From assembly GCA_020348065.1 (NCBI GenBank), contig CP070742.1, positions 2,696,094-2,760,093 of the forward strand: a stretch of 64,000 nucleotides of DNA. The letters are read 5' to 3'. This DNA is from Candidatus Zixiibacteriota bacterium. GTDB lineage: Bacteria > Zixibacteria > MSB-5A5 > UBA10806. A program made the translations under genes and the position numbers. The notes below the pieces were generated by a model, which worked only from the letters and a program-made list of their open reading frames with translations, did no database searches and had not been told where the DNA came from. Shown piece by piece: positions 20,028-31,182 of the stretch. The number at the start of each line of letters is the position of its first letter. Position 1 is the first letter of the stretch.

Positions 20028-23000
20028 CTAATAATATCTGCCTCTTACTCCTCCCTCGGATTTTTCCACCTTGATGTCGGGGAGGGTCTTTATAAATATT
20101 TTCACGTAGTAGCCCGCGATCGGGCCGCTCGGTATCCACACAAAACTCCCTTCCCAGCAGTGCATATCTCTGGTGATCGTCAGCGACTGAGAAGCTATAT
20201 TTTTATCTTCGATGCTGTAACGGTTCTCGTAAGACATATTCCATTTTAATGTCGGCTTGAGGCTGATGGCGAAATCGAGCCATTGGGTTTTATTGGTTCC
20301 GGTCTGGGTTTTGGTCATGGTGTATCTGTGCGAGAGCGTAAAATCGAAACCTATTTGCGAAGAAATCGACCCCCCTCTCCTGCCGCTGTCGAATGGTGAT
20401 CTAACTCTATTCCCGCCGGGAAAATCCTCACTCCCCTTATCATCGCCTTCGGCGCCGGGGCGGTATCCGCCTCTAAAAGAGGACGAGATGCTCATATTTT
20501 TTAAACGCGGGTTTGTCAACGCCCTGCGCGAATCATCATAATTGTAAAAAGAATAACCCGAACTGTAGGTTATGCTCAAATTGGGTAGGGCCGAGGTGCG
20601 GATGCTTAAAGTCGGATCGCCGATTTTCCTTGTCTCCTGAACGAAATCGTAGCTTCCATTAAAATTCAATGTAAATAAATCCAGCTTTTTTTCGTTTTCT
20701 CCCGACACATATTTCGATTGAAATAAATTGTTCAACGAATAATTTATTCTTTTTGATCTTCTGGACAACGATCCCACGCCGCTGTATTCCCTGTACCCCT
20801 CGTTGTTTTCTATTTCCGGAGTGAAGGTGTAACCGACTGATGGTGTTATCACATGGCGCAGGCCGGTTATACCCAGAATATTCGGGTATACGGTGCCGTA
20901 TAAATCGGTTTTGGCATTCATCCCGAGATTGTAGGTCTCCCTGGTAAAAAGCCTGCTTGTTTCGAGGCCGAGATCTTCCACAATACGGTTCCATTCAAGA
21001 TGGTATATCGTATGTGTCACATCGGTTCGCGGCTCTACGGAGAGAACTCCGAAAATCTTCTGGGGGCTGCTCAATGAGGCTGTAGAATGGAGCGTTTGAT
21101 ATCGCCTCCAGTAATGAGTTGTATCGGTCAGATTCAGGCGCTGAATCAGATTTTGGCCGCTCGTATTGAAGCTGAAATATATACTATGGTAAAATCTCCG
21201 TTTGGGCTCCTCCTGTTCTTCCCACGGCTTAACCCTTTTTTTCTTCTTGGATACGGTAGGATCAGGGAAAATGGGCAAGGACGAACGAGAAAATCTTACC
21301 GACGGGAGATGTTCCAGCCTTGCGTCGTTATCAAGATTCCAGTTTTGATCGGCCGAAATCACAAGCGAGGATGATTGCCATCTCTTTGTCAGACTTGTGG
21401 TTGATCGCACGATTCTGTTCAGGCGTTCTTGCGGATCATAAATATTGTCCGCTATAAAATCCTTATCCGATACAAAACTTCCGGATGCCGCAAGATTGAC
21501 AGTGGGAGTAATCGTCTGTCTATGAGATAAATTGAGACGCCATCTTGTCCTTATACTGCGTTTAAAATCGACCCAGCCTGTTTCTCGCGCGTAATTGACT
21601 CCGATGTTTCCATTTAGTTTATAACGCAGGCCGTATCTGACGCTGTTATTCAATATTATTCGTTCATTCTCATAAAAATCGAGACTCGTTTCCAGGTCCC
21701 AGTAATCGGACGCCGCCCAGTAATAACCCACGTTACGGATAAAACGCTCTCCCCTTTCGAAATTTCCGATTTCAAATGTCAAAAATCCCGAATGCCGCCC
21801 TTTTCTAATGGGAAAAACATAATAAGGGATAGCGAACACCGGGATTTCCCCGATATAGAGTATGACCGGTTTGGCCACTACTTTGTCCTTGCCGATCATT
21901 TTCATCTTATCACTATGAAAGTGGTAATGCGTCTCATCGTTAAGATCGCAAGACGTATAATTGCCCTGCGATACAAACATCTCCTTTTCCGAAATCTGTC
22001 TGATCCTTTCGCTGTTATAGTAAGCGTTCTCATAGACGGTTTTTGCCCGGGATACCTGTCCCTTCTCGGTTTCCAGATTATAGGTCATCCTGACCCCGTC
22101 GAGTTCTTCGGTACCCTGAACGATGACCGGCAGCTGGGAGACTTCTCCCGTCGAATCATCTTTTAATCCCTCAGCCGATAAGATCCTATTATTTATATCA
22201 TAATTGATGTTCCCGGCCCGCAAAGTCATGTCCTGGTAATGAAGGGAACTGTTATTAAAAAGCGATATGCTCGACTCGCTGAAATCGTAGTCTATCACGC
22301 TCCCGTAATAGGTTGTGGTATCATAATAAACGCTGTCTTTCCCGGTAGATTTCGGCTCTATATATTTGCCCTCGGCGCCGCCGGAGATATGCACCCTCTG
22401 AATGGCGCCCTCGTCGAAATATAGAGTTATAGAATCGCCGGAAGCCCGATTCGTACCTTTGGTAATGGTATCCGTTACGGCGGGGATATAAACCGAGATC
22501 GCGTTGTCGCGCATAACGGCTTTATTAACCTTATCATTTTCAAAAAACACCTCGAGCTCTTTACCGGTAAGCTCCGCGGTGGTAAACTCCTCATACAAAG
22601 TGTCGGGCTGGATAGTGTAAAGGGCGCGGGCATTTCCCCGCGTAACCAGCCGCTCAATATCCCTGTTCCTGGAAAATATGGAAATTGTATCCCCCGTGAG
22701 CCTGTTATCCTCCTGTATGACCACCGGATTATCGTATATAACCACGCTTTCAGGATTTCGTGTAAAATCGGCTTTCTCTCCTTTTGCCGTAAGATTCTGC
22801 CTTACGATCAAAACAGAATCGTAAGCCGAACCGCTGGAATCGGCAGCGAAATACTCCAGTTTTTCCGCCGATATCTCAATCCTGGATGAATCATCATAGG
22901 GATTCAAGATCAAAAGCGGTTCCTCGTAAGCGTAAAATTGACGGGACCGGCGGAAATAATCGGCTTTACCGCAGTCGAGAATAACGTCTTCTTTCGAATC

Positions 23001-23372
23001 CTCAATACAGACATTGCCCTGGGCGATCACCCTTCTGTCACGGCTGTAATACGTGACCTCGCGGGCGTCTATTATCCGTTCCTGATCTACGGCGTGTACC
23101 GAACCTATAAAGCGAACCATTCCACTTTTGCGATACCAGGTGGCGTGGTCGCTGTAAAGATCGATTTTTTCGTGCGAGAAATGAACATTGCCGTCAAGCT
23201 CGAGAATATCCGATTCGCCCCCGATAAAATCAAGATGATCCGCGTGTTCCAGAATAAGTTTCGAAACATCGTCCTGAGCCGACGGCGACGAGTAAAATAT
23301 CAGCGATAAAAACACGGCAATTTTTAATAACGACCCCATACCGTATTTTACGCATGAATGGATATCTTTCAT
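20028..23372 (-). CDS. lptD: LptD-like LPS-assembly outer-membrane protein (OstA-like N-terminal jellyroll domain plus large beta-barrel)
   Basis: 1114 aa with a signal peptide. The N-terminal 250 aa carry LptA/OstA-like repeats (LYSDHATWYRKSGMVRFIGSVHA). The rest is rich in alternating aromatic/Gly beta-strand patterns. It is about 300 aa longer than enterobacterial LptD. Confidence 0.5.
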   Translation of the reverse strand: MKDIHSCVKYGMGSLLKIAVFLSLIFYSSPSAQDDVSKLILEHADHLDFIGGESDILELDGNVHFSHEKIDLYSDHATWYRKSGMVRFIGSVHAVDQERIIDAREVTYYSRDRRVIAQGNVCIEDSKEDVILDCGKADYFRRSRQFYAYEEPLLILNPYDDSSRIEISAEKLEYFAADSSGSAYDSVLIVRQNLTAKGEKADFTRNPESVVIYDNPVVIQEDNRLTGDTISIFSRNRDIERLVTRGNARALYTIQPDTLYEEFTTAELTGKELEVFFENDKVNKAVMRDNAISVYIPAVTDTITKGTNRASGDSITLYFDEGAIQRVHISGGAEGKYIEPKSTGKDSVYYDTTTYYGSVIDYDFSESSISLFNNSSLHYQDMTLRAGNINYDINNRILSAEGLKDDSTGEVSQLPVIVQGTEELDGVRMTYNLETEKGQVSRAKTVYENAYYNSERIRQISEKEMFVSQGNYTSCDLNDETHYHFHSDKMKMIGKDKVVAKPVILYIGEIPVFAIPYYVFPIRKGRHSGFLTFEIGNFERGERFIRNVGYYWAASDYWDLETSLDFYENERIILNNSVRYGLRYKLNGNIGVNYARETGWVDFKRSIRTRWRLNLSHRQTITPTVNLAASGSFVSDKDFIADNIYDPQERLNRIVRSTTSLTKRWQSSSLVISADQNWNLDNDARLEHLPSVRFSRSSLPIFPDPTVSKKKKRVKPWEEQEEPKRRFYHSIYFSFNTSGQNLIQRLNLTDTTHYWRRYQTLHSTASLSSPQKIFGVLSVEPRTDVTHTIYHLEWNRIVEDLGLETSRLFTRETYNLGMNAKTDLYGTVYPNILGITGLRHVITPSVGYTFTPEIENNEGYREYSGVGSLSRRSKRINYSLNNLFQSKYVSGENEKKLDLFTLNFNGSYDFVQETRKIGDPTLSIRTSALPNLSITYSSGYSFYNYDDSRRALTNPRLKNMSISSSFRGGYRPGAEGDDKGSEDFPGGNRVRSPFDSGRRGGSISSQIGFDFTLSHRYTMTKTQTGTNKTQWLDFAISLKPTLKWNMSYENRYSIEDKNIASQSLTITRDMHCWEGSFVWIPSGPIAGYYVKIFIKTLPDIKVEKSEGGVRGRYY

Positions 23373-23462
23373 AATGCATTTTATATCCTATGGAGGTTGA
23401 TTTAGCAATTGAAAAAGGGCCGGAATCCGGCCCTCATTCTACTAAACGAAGATATCGCCAGT

Positions 23463-26255
23463 TTATTTAAGCATCGTCATCTTTCTGGTTATACGATGTT
23501 GTCCGGACGTCAATCGATAATAATATACTCCGGAGGCAACCTCCTTATTGAAATCCGATTTGCCGTCCCAGACAGCGGTATGATACCCGGCATCGAAATA
23601 AGAATCGACCAGGGTTCTGACTTTGGCGCCAGTCAGGCTGAAAATCTCGAGTTTAACATATCCCGGATTCGGCAATTCAAACTGTATACCGGTGTTGGGA
23701 TTGAAAGGATTGGGATGATTTTGACACAGGGCAAGTTTCCGTGGCAAACCGGCTATATGTTCAACCTCCAGGCCCGTAGTATGTTCCTGAAGCGTCAACC
23801 TGATCATCCAGTCTCTCCACATATACTGGTTCCAGCCGGCGCCATCAGCGTACCAATATGATTGCAGTTCCAATATTCCCGTCTCGTCCGCCCCGATAAA
23901 AGGCCCCATATCGTCGCGGTCCGCCCAGTGGAGCACCACCCAGAGCGGTCTGTTATCTGCCACATATTGGTCAAAATCGACGCTGGTCCATCTCCCCTGG
24001 CCGGACAGGGGTGGATTGGCCTGGTAAGCAAGAAAACTATTCGTGTCCGGCAAACCGCCTAACTCTTTTGACACTCCGATATAATCGAAAAATCCTGTGT
24101 AATTTACATCCCCTATATAAAACCGTACATTCGTTATGTTAAACGGAGCCGGAATATTGAGTTCAAACCTCTGCGCGAATTTTCTGTTAGTTGAAGCAGG
24201 ATAAAGGTTAACCCAAATATCGACCTCAGGAACTCCGTCGTCATAAATCATCTCATTAGTAACCTCGAAATACTTGGAGACTTCATTATCATCGGGGAAA
24301 TAATCATCGAACACGAACGCTTCAAACTCAACTCTGTAGGTACCGTTTTCTTCCGGATTCCACTCTTCTCCGAATTGAATTTCCTCTTCCACGTAAGGCA
24401 TAAGATTATAGACCGAAGCCTGAGTTGAAAACACCAAAATGTCAGTTGAATCATAGATGCTTGCAAGAATATCAAAGCTCTCCGTATAGGAACCGAAATT
24501 CTTTATATGCGCTATGGGGAACATCGGCCAGTTATAAGTAACCTCGTCGAAGGGAGCGACAGCATCCAGAATTTTAATATCGTGCCAGCTTCGAAGGACC
24601 AGCGAAAGATCGTTATTTGAAAGATCCTCATCGTTTGCCATGTCGGCTGCTATTTCCAATCTGTATCGTCCCTGCGCGGGCATGGTGAAGTCCGGCGAGA
24701 AATAGACCACGCTGGTTGAAAACGACGGCAGATCACTTATCACGAAAGAAGAGGAATATACGACTATTCCGCTGTCAATATCGGTTATGGTGCAATTTGC
24801 GGTGAAGCTCGCGTTATTTTCGCCAACGTTAATAAACGTGGCGGTCGGAATCACGGACTCCCCCGGGTTGACAAATTCGCCCGGCTCGTCAATTGACGCG
24901 GTCGCGATATCATTATCAAGGGGATCGTTAATTTTTATCGAGTAAACCATACCGCCGTTGCCCATAATCCTGGCGTGAATCTCTTTCCCCCCGGCGGCGG
25001 CGTAATTTCCCGAATCTGAAATAGCCACCCCCATAATCGAACCCTCCTCATCTATATCGTCGAGGAGCCGAAATATCGGTATGCTCGTATCTCTTCTGAA
25101 ACAGGTGACAACATCACCATATGTCCCGTCTAATAGCCCGTAGCATGCCGCTATGGCATACTGGCCGTTCGCGGATATGTCGACCGCGCAGACCTCATCT
25201 CCATATTCGTCGTAATCAATAAGGACCGTACCGGAATTAGCGTCGATGAGCATGAATTTGCCGCCCCATCCGCCGCCGCTTAAGAAATCAATGGTCCCGC
25301 ATCCGAACGTCGATCCGTCGGCCGAAATGGCCAGGGCTCGAACCCAATCGTGACGGGTAGGGATACTCCATCGAGTAATATAATTAGTTCCGTTCCACTC
25401 ATATAGTATAACGTTTCCGCTAAATGTGCCGATAACTATCCGTGTTCCATCATCAGAGATTTCCGCCATATTCTGGGAATAGTTATAAAGAGAACCAATC
25501 AGGTTCCCCGCCGGCACGTCATAAACCAGCAACCCGCCATAATTGGAGACTACGATGGTAGAGCCGTCGCCTGAAAAGTCGACTCCATATAATTCGATCG
25601 TGGGCACGAACGACCTGGTGAAAATCGTGTCCCCGGCGATCAAATCATAGACGATAAGGATGGCGGTTTCGGTATTCTTCTTGGCCACCGCGGCCATGAG
25701 GCTCCCGTCGCCGGAAAACGATATCCCCTTTCCTTTATATCTCTCACCATATTCGAATTCATTTATAAACAAGGGGGAATCATGCTCCCAGACATAAGCC
25801 GGCGTCTCGTTGGCAGTGCCGCAGAATTTACTGTCGGTGGCGTCGACCGGCAGCCACCACTCTGTCTCATGTCTGTAAGTCCATATAGGTGAATTCATTC
25901 CAGCGGTGGCATAGGCCGAGAATCGTTCGTTGTTGAGCCACCATCCGACGAAAAACTTAGAACCGTCAGGCGCAAAAGCGAGGTTTTCGGCAATGGCTCT
26001 CTCGTGATTGCGATCTATCCACAATACCTGACCCAAAATACTGGGATTACGAATCGGAAGTTTAGGCCTTATGGTGGATTCGATACTTCCGTCTCTGGGA
26101 GTATCTATCCTGACAACTCTGTTGCCGTTTTCGCTGGAAAACTGGTATGTATGACCGACGTTTTCAGCGAATGAAACAGCGCTGATCCAATAAAATGAGA
26201 TAAGCAAAATAATTGATGATAATTTCATTTTTCCTCCAAAAACGATTTTTGCCAA
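23463..26255 (-). CDS. T9SS-sorted secreted protein with WD40/YVTN-like beta-propeller and Ig/CARDB-like domains
   Basis: 930 aa with a signal peptide. It has repeated blades (FSGDGS.., ISADGS.., ISANGQ.., ISDSGN..). The C-terminal T9SS type-A sorting domain is LCQNHPNPFNPNTGIQFELP...GVYYYRL. Confidence 0.75.
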   Translation of the reverse strand: MAKIVFGGKMKLSSIILLISFYWISAVSFAENVGHTYQFSSENGNRVVRIDTPRDGSIESTIRPKLPIRNPSILGQVLWIDRNHERAIAENLAFAPDGSKFFVGWWLNNERFSAYATAGMNSPIWTYRHETEWWLPVDATDSKFCGTANETPAYVWEHDSPLFINEFEYGERYKGKGISFSGDGSLMAAVAKKNTETAILIVYDLIAGDTIFTRSFVPTIELYGVDFSGDGSTIVVSNYGGLLVYDVPAGNLIGSLYNYSQNMAEISDDGTRIVIGTFSGNVILYEWNGTNYITRWSIPTRHDWVRALAISADGSTFGCGTIDFLSGGGWGGKFMLIDANSGTVLIDYDEYGDEVCAVDISANGQYAIAACYGLLDGTYGDVVTCFRRDTSIPIFRLLDDIDEEGSIMGVAISDSGNYAAAGGKEIHARIMGNGGMVYSIKINDPLDNDIATASIDEPGEFVNPGESVIPTATFINVGENNASFTANCTITDIDSGIVVYSSSFVISDLPSFSTSVVYFSPDFTMPAQGRYRLEIAADMANDEDLSNNDLSLVLRSWHDIKILDAVAPFDEVTYNWPMFPIAHIKNFGSYTESFDILASIYDSTDILVFSTQASVYNLMPYVEEEIQFGEEWNPEENGTYRVEFEAFVFDDYFPDDNEVSKYFEVTNEMIYDDGVPEVDIWVNLYPASTNRKFAQRFELNIPAPFNITNVRFYIGDVNYTGFFDYIGVSKELGGLPDTNSFLAYQANPPLSGQGRWTSVDFDQYVADNRPLWVVLHWADRDDMGPFIGADETGILELQSYWYADGAGWNQYMWRDWMIRLTLQEHTTGLEVEHIAGLPRKLALCQNHPNPFNPNTGIQFELPNPGYVKLEIFSLTGAKVRTLVDSYFDAGYHTAVWDGKSDFNKEVASGVYYYRLTSGQHRITRKMTMLK

Positions 26256-26408
26256 CCTACACCCTTAACAAATCCCGAGTTAAACAAACAATCCCCTCAG
26301 GACATATTTTAATATAAGACTAATTTCCAATTATCCAAGTAAAAAATCAAATATATTTTACAATCGCATTAAATGGTAACTATAATTACTACGATTTATA
26401 ATTCCGGT

Positions 26409-27170
26409 TCATATCTTTGACTTCAATTGATGATAGGGAGTGAAATATTTTTCCGTCGTAAGCTCCACCGCTATCACGGAGGAAATCGTTACAGAGCTTA
26501 GCAACATATACACCACTATCAACTGCCAGAATACAGCCTCCAGAGGTTCGGCTCCTGCGAGAATCATTCCGGTCATTGCTCCCGGCAGCGCCACTATACC
26601 GACGGTTTTCATGAAGTTTAAAATGGAGGTCATTCCGGCGATAACCGCCTGTTTCCGGTACGGCCTGCTCGATTCGCGCCTGTTTTTGCCCAGAGAAAGG
26701 GCCGTCTCTATAGCGAGACTGTTCGATCTTATATCGGACGAAATGCGATTTATAGTCAATGCGGCGGCGTTCATGGCATTGCTTATAATCATACCGGAGA
26801 GCGGAATAATAAACCTGGCTTCAAACGTTATAATTTTCAGGATTAACATAGAGCCGATAGTAACCAGCGATCCCGCCGCGATAGCGGAGAATGATATTAG
26901 AAAGGCGCCCCTGACCTGCTTTGACAGGCTATATGAGGCGTGCGAACCGACCAGAATCATTACAATAATTACCATCAAAATCAGCCAGATCGATTCCAGG
27001 TCGAAGACATATTTTAAGGCGTAGCCGACCGCAATGAGCTGAATAAAAGAGCGGATTATGCCTACCGCCATATTCTTCTGGACCGGGACTTTCCAGAAAT
27101 AACCGATCGCCAACGCTATGGCCGCCAGAACCAGCGAAACCAGGACATTTTCTATTCCCACCCCGGTCAT
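26409..27170 (-). CDS. fetB: ABC transporter permease, FetB/YbbM (UPF0014) family, a putative iron exporter
   Basis: 253 aa. Conserved blocks match E. coli FetB: IQLIAVGYALKYVF, PLSGMIISNAMNAAAL, GIVALPGAMTGMILAGAEPLEAV. Confidence 0.7.
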   Translation of the reverse strand: MTGVGIENVLVSLVLAAIALAIGYFWKVPVQKNMAVGIIRSFIQLIAVGYALKYVFDLESIWLILMVIIVMILVGSHASYSLSKQVRGAFLISFSAIAAGSLVTIGSMLILKIITFEARFIIPLSGMIISNAMNAAALTINRISSDIRSNSLAIETALSLGKNRRESSRPYRKQAVIAGMTSILNFMKTVGIVALPGAMTGMILAGAEPLEAVFWQLIVVYMLLSSVTISSVIAVELTTEKYFTPYHQLKSKI

Positions 27171-27916
27171 ACGCTATCTTTCTCCAGAAAGGATTTGCCG
27201 GATTCGGTTTTCGGCTGAGATATCAGTTCCTTCGCGGGACCGTGCTCCACAAGCTTCCCGTTTATTATAAGCAAGGCTTCACCATTGTAAGTCAATACCT
27301 GCCTGGGATCATGAATTACTATAATCGCGGCAATTCCACCTGCAGAAACTTTATTTTTTATCAATTTCAGCAGCAGCGATGAATTTTTCTCATCTAAGGC
27401 TGAGGTCGGTTCATCCAATAATATTACCTCGGATTTTAAAGCGAACAATCTGGCCAGGGCTATCCTTTGTTTTTCGCCGACAGAAAGAACGTCAACGTTT
27501 GACAGCAAATAATCAGGCCCGAGATTCACTTCGGATAACATGGATGTCATTTTATCGTCGGAAAGCGATGAATCGACGAAGTGCAGGTTGTCTTTGACTG
27601 TTTTAGGAAACAGGAACGGAGTTTGAAATAAGTATCCGATTTTTCTTCGAAGCAGACAGGGATTATACTGACTCGATTCTTTTCCATTAAAATAAATTTT
27701 CCCCCGGGTTATTTCGTCGAGGCGGTTAAAAAGCCGTAAAAGGGACGACTTGCCCGCGCCGGACGGCCCCAGGATATTGTATATTTCTCCTTTATAAAAA
27801 TCGAACGAGAAACCGGCGATGATATTCTTGGGCGTGCCGCCGTTATCCACCACAAGAGATATATTTTCGGCTTTAAGTATCGGATTTTGAGATTCTGACC
27901 GATTTGTTTCAGACAT
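27167..27916 (-). CDS. fetA: ABC transporter ATP-binding protein, FetA/YbbL-like
   Basis: 249 aa with Walker A (GPSGAGKSS), the ABC signature (LSVGEKQR) and Walker B (ILLDEPTSALD). It overlaps fetB by 4 nt. Confidence 0.75.
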   Translation of the reverse strand: MSETNRSESQNPILKAENISLVVDNGGTPKNIIAGFSFDFYKGEIYNILGPSGAGKSSLLRLFNRLDEITRGKIYFNGKESSQYNPCLLRRKIGYLFQTPFLFPKTVKDNLHFVDSSLSDDKMTSMLSEVNLGPDYLLSNVDVLSVGEKQRIALARLFALKSEVILLDEPTSALDEKNSSLLLKLIKNKVSAGGIAAIIVIHDPRQVLTYNGEALLIINGKLVEHGPAKELISQPKTESGKSFLEKDSV

Positions 27917-28017
27917 AAATAGGTCTCTTTCACAGAAATAATATTAGAAATCGGGCGTTTTGGCAAAAAAATCCCCGCCGGAAATTGGGCGGGGATAACT
28001 CATAATTAATATCGGTT

Positions 28018-30591
28018 TTACTTTAATAACAACATCCTCTTAACGTGGCTTTTGAAACCGGATTCGAGGCGATACAGATAAACGCCGCTGGAGACAACCT
28101 TGCCATTCCGCCCGGTACCGTCCCAGATAACCTCATGTATACCGGCCGGCAATTCCCCGGAAATCAGGGTTTTCACCTGCCGGCCCAGAAGATCGTAAAT
28201 AGTCAGCCTGGTAAATTTATTATCATCCAGTGAGAACGAAATCCTGGTTGCGGCGTTAAAAGGATTGGGATAATTCTGGAATAAATCGAAACTTATGGGA
28301 GTGAGAGGGGTGTCCTCTTCAACGTCGGTAGGACCTAAGGTAATGGTGAAATCGTCGATAATTATGCCCTCACGCTGGCCCGAATCGTTGGTTACCAAAT
28401 GAAATCTCAATCTGACATCGGGCTGCCCGCCCAGCGCGCTCAGGCTTACTGTATATTCATTAAAATTGAAAAACGAACCCGTAATTGGATTGGGGAATTG
28501 ATCCCAGCTTGTTCCATCGTCGGTAGAATATTCGAAATACAGAAAATCAACGCCGTTTTGAATTACACCCCGGTAATAAAAGGAGACCTCAGCCCCGTAA
28601 TTATAGAGGAGATTCAATTTGAACTTCGATTCCAGCCAACTATCGGTATTATCAAGATAATATGTATTGGGCGAATCGGAAATACTGATATCTCCGGTTC
28701 TGACCTTCATATGAGTCAAACCCCAGCAATTATTGGTCCCGCCCGATTTCCAGAGAACGATGCCATCCTCGAAAGAATCATCTATTATACCGCTTTCAAG
28801 ATCAATTTTATACGGGTGCATGGAACCGCCGATGGGATCATAAGCGTATGCGTTGACATCAGTTGCCCTGAAATAATATTGCAAAGTTCCATTCTGCGGA
28901 GGTATAACGGCTTTATAATCTATGCCGTTATTGCTGTTCATAAGCGTCTCGGTAAAATCGCCGGAATTGCCGGTACGGTAATAAAGGTAAACATCGGAGA
29001 TATTGATGGCGCCGGTAACGGTAGCGCTGATATTCACGGGCTGCCCCGATCCGGCCATTACCGCGGGCTGGTGATCAAACAGGATATCGCCCCGGGGGTG
29101 ATAGTAAAGCGCGCGCGCCAGATTGACTATTCCCCAGCCGTAATCGTTCGTCGGCGATTGGGCATTGCATCCGGTCATCATCAACGCTTCCCTTACCATA
29201 ACAGGCGTCCAGTTGGGGTGGGCGGAGAACAGCACGCCGCACGATCCGCCGACCAGCGGGGTTGCCAATGACGTTCCCCCCGATGTAGTATAGCCATTCA
29301 TATCGTTGGGATCGGCGCAAACGGTATTGACGCCCTGCGCGCAAACCTCCGGTTTTATCCGGCCATCATATGTGGGGCCGAAAGAAGAAAAGCCGGCGAT
29401 ATAACCGTTGGGGTCAACCGCGCCGCAACCAATTACCGAATCACCATCGGCCGGCGCCAGTAGCGATCCCGCCCAGTTTCCCTCGTTGCCCATGGCGGTC
29501 GCCACGGCGATACCATTATAAGCGGCAAGATCGGCGGCGATGGTAACTATAGTCGTGTTGCCATCGATATCCTCATACTGATAATCTCCCTGACCCGCAT
29601 CGAACCATCTATATCCCAGAGAGGATGAAATAACGGAGGCCCCGATGGAATCGGCCCATTCGGCCCCGGCCGCCCAATTGTCCTCCTCGATATGCCTTTC
29701 GGAGGATATATCTTCGCTCTTTGATAAAATAAAATGAGACATATAGGAGGGGCCGTAAAGATTGCCTTCGGATTCGCCTCCCAGCGTTGACCAAGTTACC
29801 GTACCGTGATTGGGCTGATTCGGAACATCCTGCACCGGATCATAGTCCGTGTTGGTATCGCCATTTATAAAATCATACTGGGCTATGAGCCTTCCGCCGT
29901 TTATTATATTTTGAAACGCCTGATGGGCCTGGCGATACCCGGTGTCCATCATGCATATAATTATGTCCTGACCTTTGAATCCCAGTTCATGCGCCGCTAT
30001 GGCATTTATCTGTCCCAGTTGACCAAAAGAAGGACCGTAGCTAAGCGTAACCGTAGTTAGATCGGGCTGTATGGAATCGAATTCCAAATCGATGTTTGAC
30101 TTGGCGCCGGCGACGGATTTAACCAATCTTACAAACGGAAATCTTGAAATGGTCTGTATCTGTTCACCGGTAGCGTTAAACGTGGCTGCGTTGAACCATT
30201 TCAATCTATGCCTTAATTCAGCGCCCACAGATAAAATCCGTTCGACATACTCCGGATAAACCGGAAGGTCACGGAAATCAACCAGGTTATCGCGTCCCCG
30301 GGATTTCAGGCGTCTTCCGGACGATTCCGGCGTGAGTTTCATCTCGAGTTCCGCCAACCGTGAGTATAACTCCGATCTGCTGAAAATTCCCTTATCGGTA
30401 AAAAATGCCCAGACGGGAACTTGCCGGTCTATATTCGAAGACAGCAATCGGTTCTGAAGCTTAGCATCAATAACTGGATTCTGCTTCGCCATACTCGTTA
30501 TATAAGGACCTTCCCACGCAACGCGATTTTCCGACGCGAATAGAGGCAATGAAAAAACAAGCAAAATTAAAATTGAGGTCATCGGGCGCAT
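28018..30591 (-). CDS. Subtilisin-like serine protease (peptidase S8) with a T9SS C-terminal sorting domain
   Basis: 857 aa with a signal peptide. The S8 triad context is D (MMDTGY), H (HGTVTWS) and S (GGTSLATPLVGG). The C-terminus has LFQNYPNPFN...GVYLYRL. Confidence 0.85.
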   Translation of the reverse strand: MRPMTSILILLVFSLPLFASENRVAWEGPYITSMAKQNPVIDAKLQNRLLSSNIDRQVPVWAFFTDKGIFSRSELYSRLAELEMKLTPESSGRRLKSRGRDNLVDFRDLPVYPEYVERILSVGAELRHRLKWFNAATFNATGEQIQTISRFPFVRLVKSVAGAKSNIDLEFDSIQPDLTTVTLSYGPSFGQLGQINAIAAHELGFKGQDIIICMMDTGYRQAHQAFQNIINGGRLIAQYDFINGDTNTDYDPVQDVPNQPNHGTVTWSTLGGESEGNLYGPSYMSHFILSKSEDISSERHIEEDNWAAGAEWADSIGASVISSSLGYRWFDAGQGDYQYEDIDGNTTIVTIAADLAAYNGIAVATAMGNEGNWAGSLLAPADGDSVIGCGAVDPNGYIAGFSSFGPTYDGRIKPEVCAQGVNTVCADPNDMNGYTTSGGTSLATPLVGGSCGVLFSAHPNWTPVMVREALMMTGCNAQSPTNDYGWGIVNLARALYYHPRGDILFDHQPAVMAGSGQPVNISATVTGAINISDVYLYYRTGNSGDFTETLMNSNNGIDYKAVIPPQNGTLQYYFRATDVNAYAYDPIGGSMHPYKIDLESGIIDDSFEDGIVLWKSGGTNNCWGLTHMKVRTGDISISDSPNTYYLDNTDSWLESKFKLNLLYNYGAEVSFYYRGVIQNGVDFLYFEYSTDDGTSWDQFPNPITGSFFNFNEYTVSLSALGGQPDVRLRFHLVTNDSGQREGIIIDDFTITLGPTDVEEDTPLTPISFDLFQNYPNPFNAATRISFSLDDNKFTRLTIYDLLGRQVKTLISGELPAGIHEVIWDGTGRNGKVVSSGVYLYRLESGFKSHVKRMLLLK

Positions 30592-30672
30592 TTCATCCTC
30601 CGACGGGCTACTTGATAATTGATTTTTTTCAAGTTAAGCCCTCTCCGAATGATTGTCAAGGCTATTTCACCC

Positions 30673-31182
30673 TTAAAACGGTATATGACCTTTGCCGAGT
30701 TCCTTCTTTTTATCCTTGATTTCTATCTCAAGATTCAGATCGATTTCCGAAGATATCGATGGCATTTCCGCCAGTCCCGTTATCGAAATGTTCTCTTCCG
30801 TCGGCACCCAGCTTATTTTGAAAGGGATCTTTTTCTGGAATCCGATAACAGCCCTGAATGAGGGAATCAGCTCTTCCGATATGAATTTCTTTTGGGTGAC
30901 CTGGTATACGACTACGGCGCTATCGGATAATATTTCGAACCGGATACCCTTAAAGCTTTTTTTATTCGTATCAATAAATCGAAGAAGAGCCAGCAAACCG
31001 GCATACTGGCATTCGAATAAGGTTCCGCTGAATCTGCTTCGATAAACTAAACCCAAATCCGGAATGGCGAATCCAGCCAGCCCCGTGGATTTCGTCATTT
31101 TTTCCTTAGAAAAATTCTGCCCGAAAAAATAACATCTGAGATTTTCTTCAAATTCGAATTCCTGACTCACGCTTTTTCTCAA
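30673..31182 (-). CDS. Hypothetical protein with a weak RNase-H-like pattern (unverified)
   Basis: 169 aa with no signal peptide. A weak E...D pattern (FECQYAGLLALL ... ILSDSAVV) is reminiscent of the RNase H fold, but the first acidic residue is not evident. I treat it as unknown. Confidence 0.3.
   Translation of the reverse strand: MRKSVSQEFEFEENLRCYFFGQNFSKEKMTKSTGLAGFAIPDLGLVYRSRFSGTLFECQYAGLLALLRFIDTNKKSFKGIRFEILSDSAVVVYQVTQKKFISEELIPSFRAVIGFQKKIPFKISWVPTEENISITGLAEMPSISSEIDLNLEIEIKDKKKELGKGHIPF

Noticed and set aside
28399-29271. A 290-aa plus-strand ORF inside the subtilisin gene
   Set aside because: It is antisense to a confidently identified S8 protease carrying the catalytic triad. 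Its composition is typical of shadow frames.
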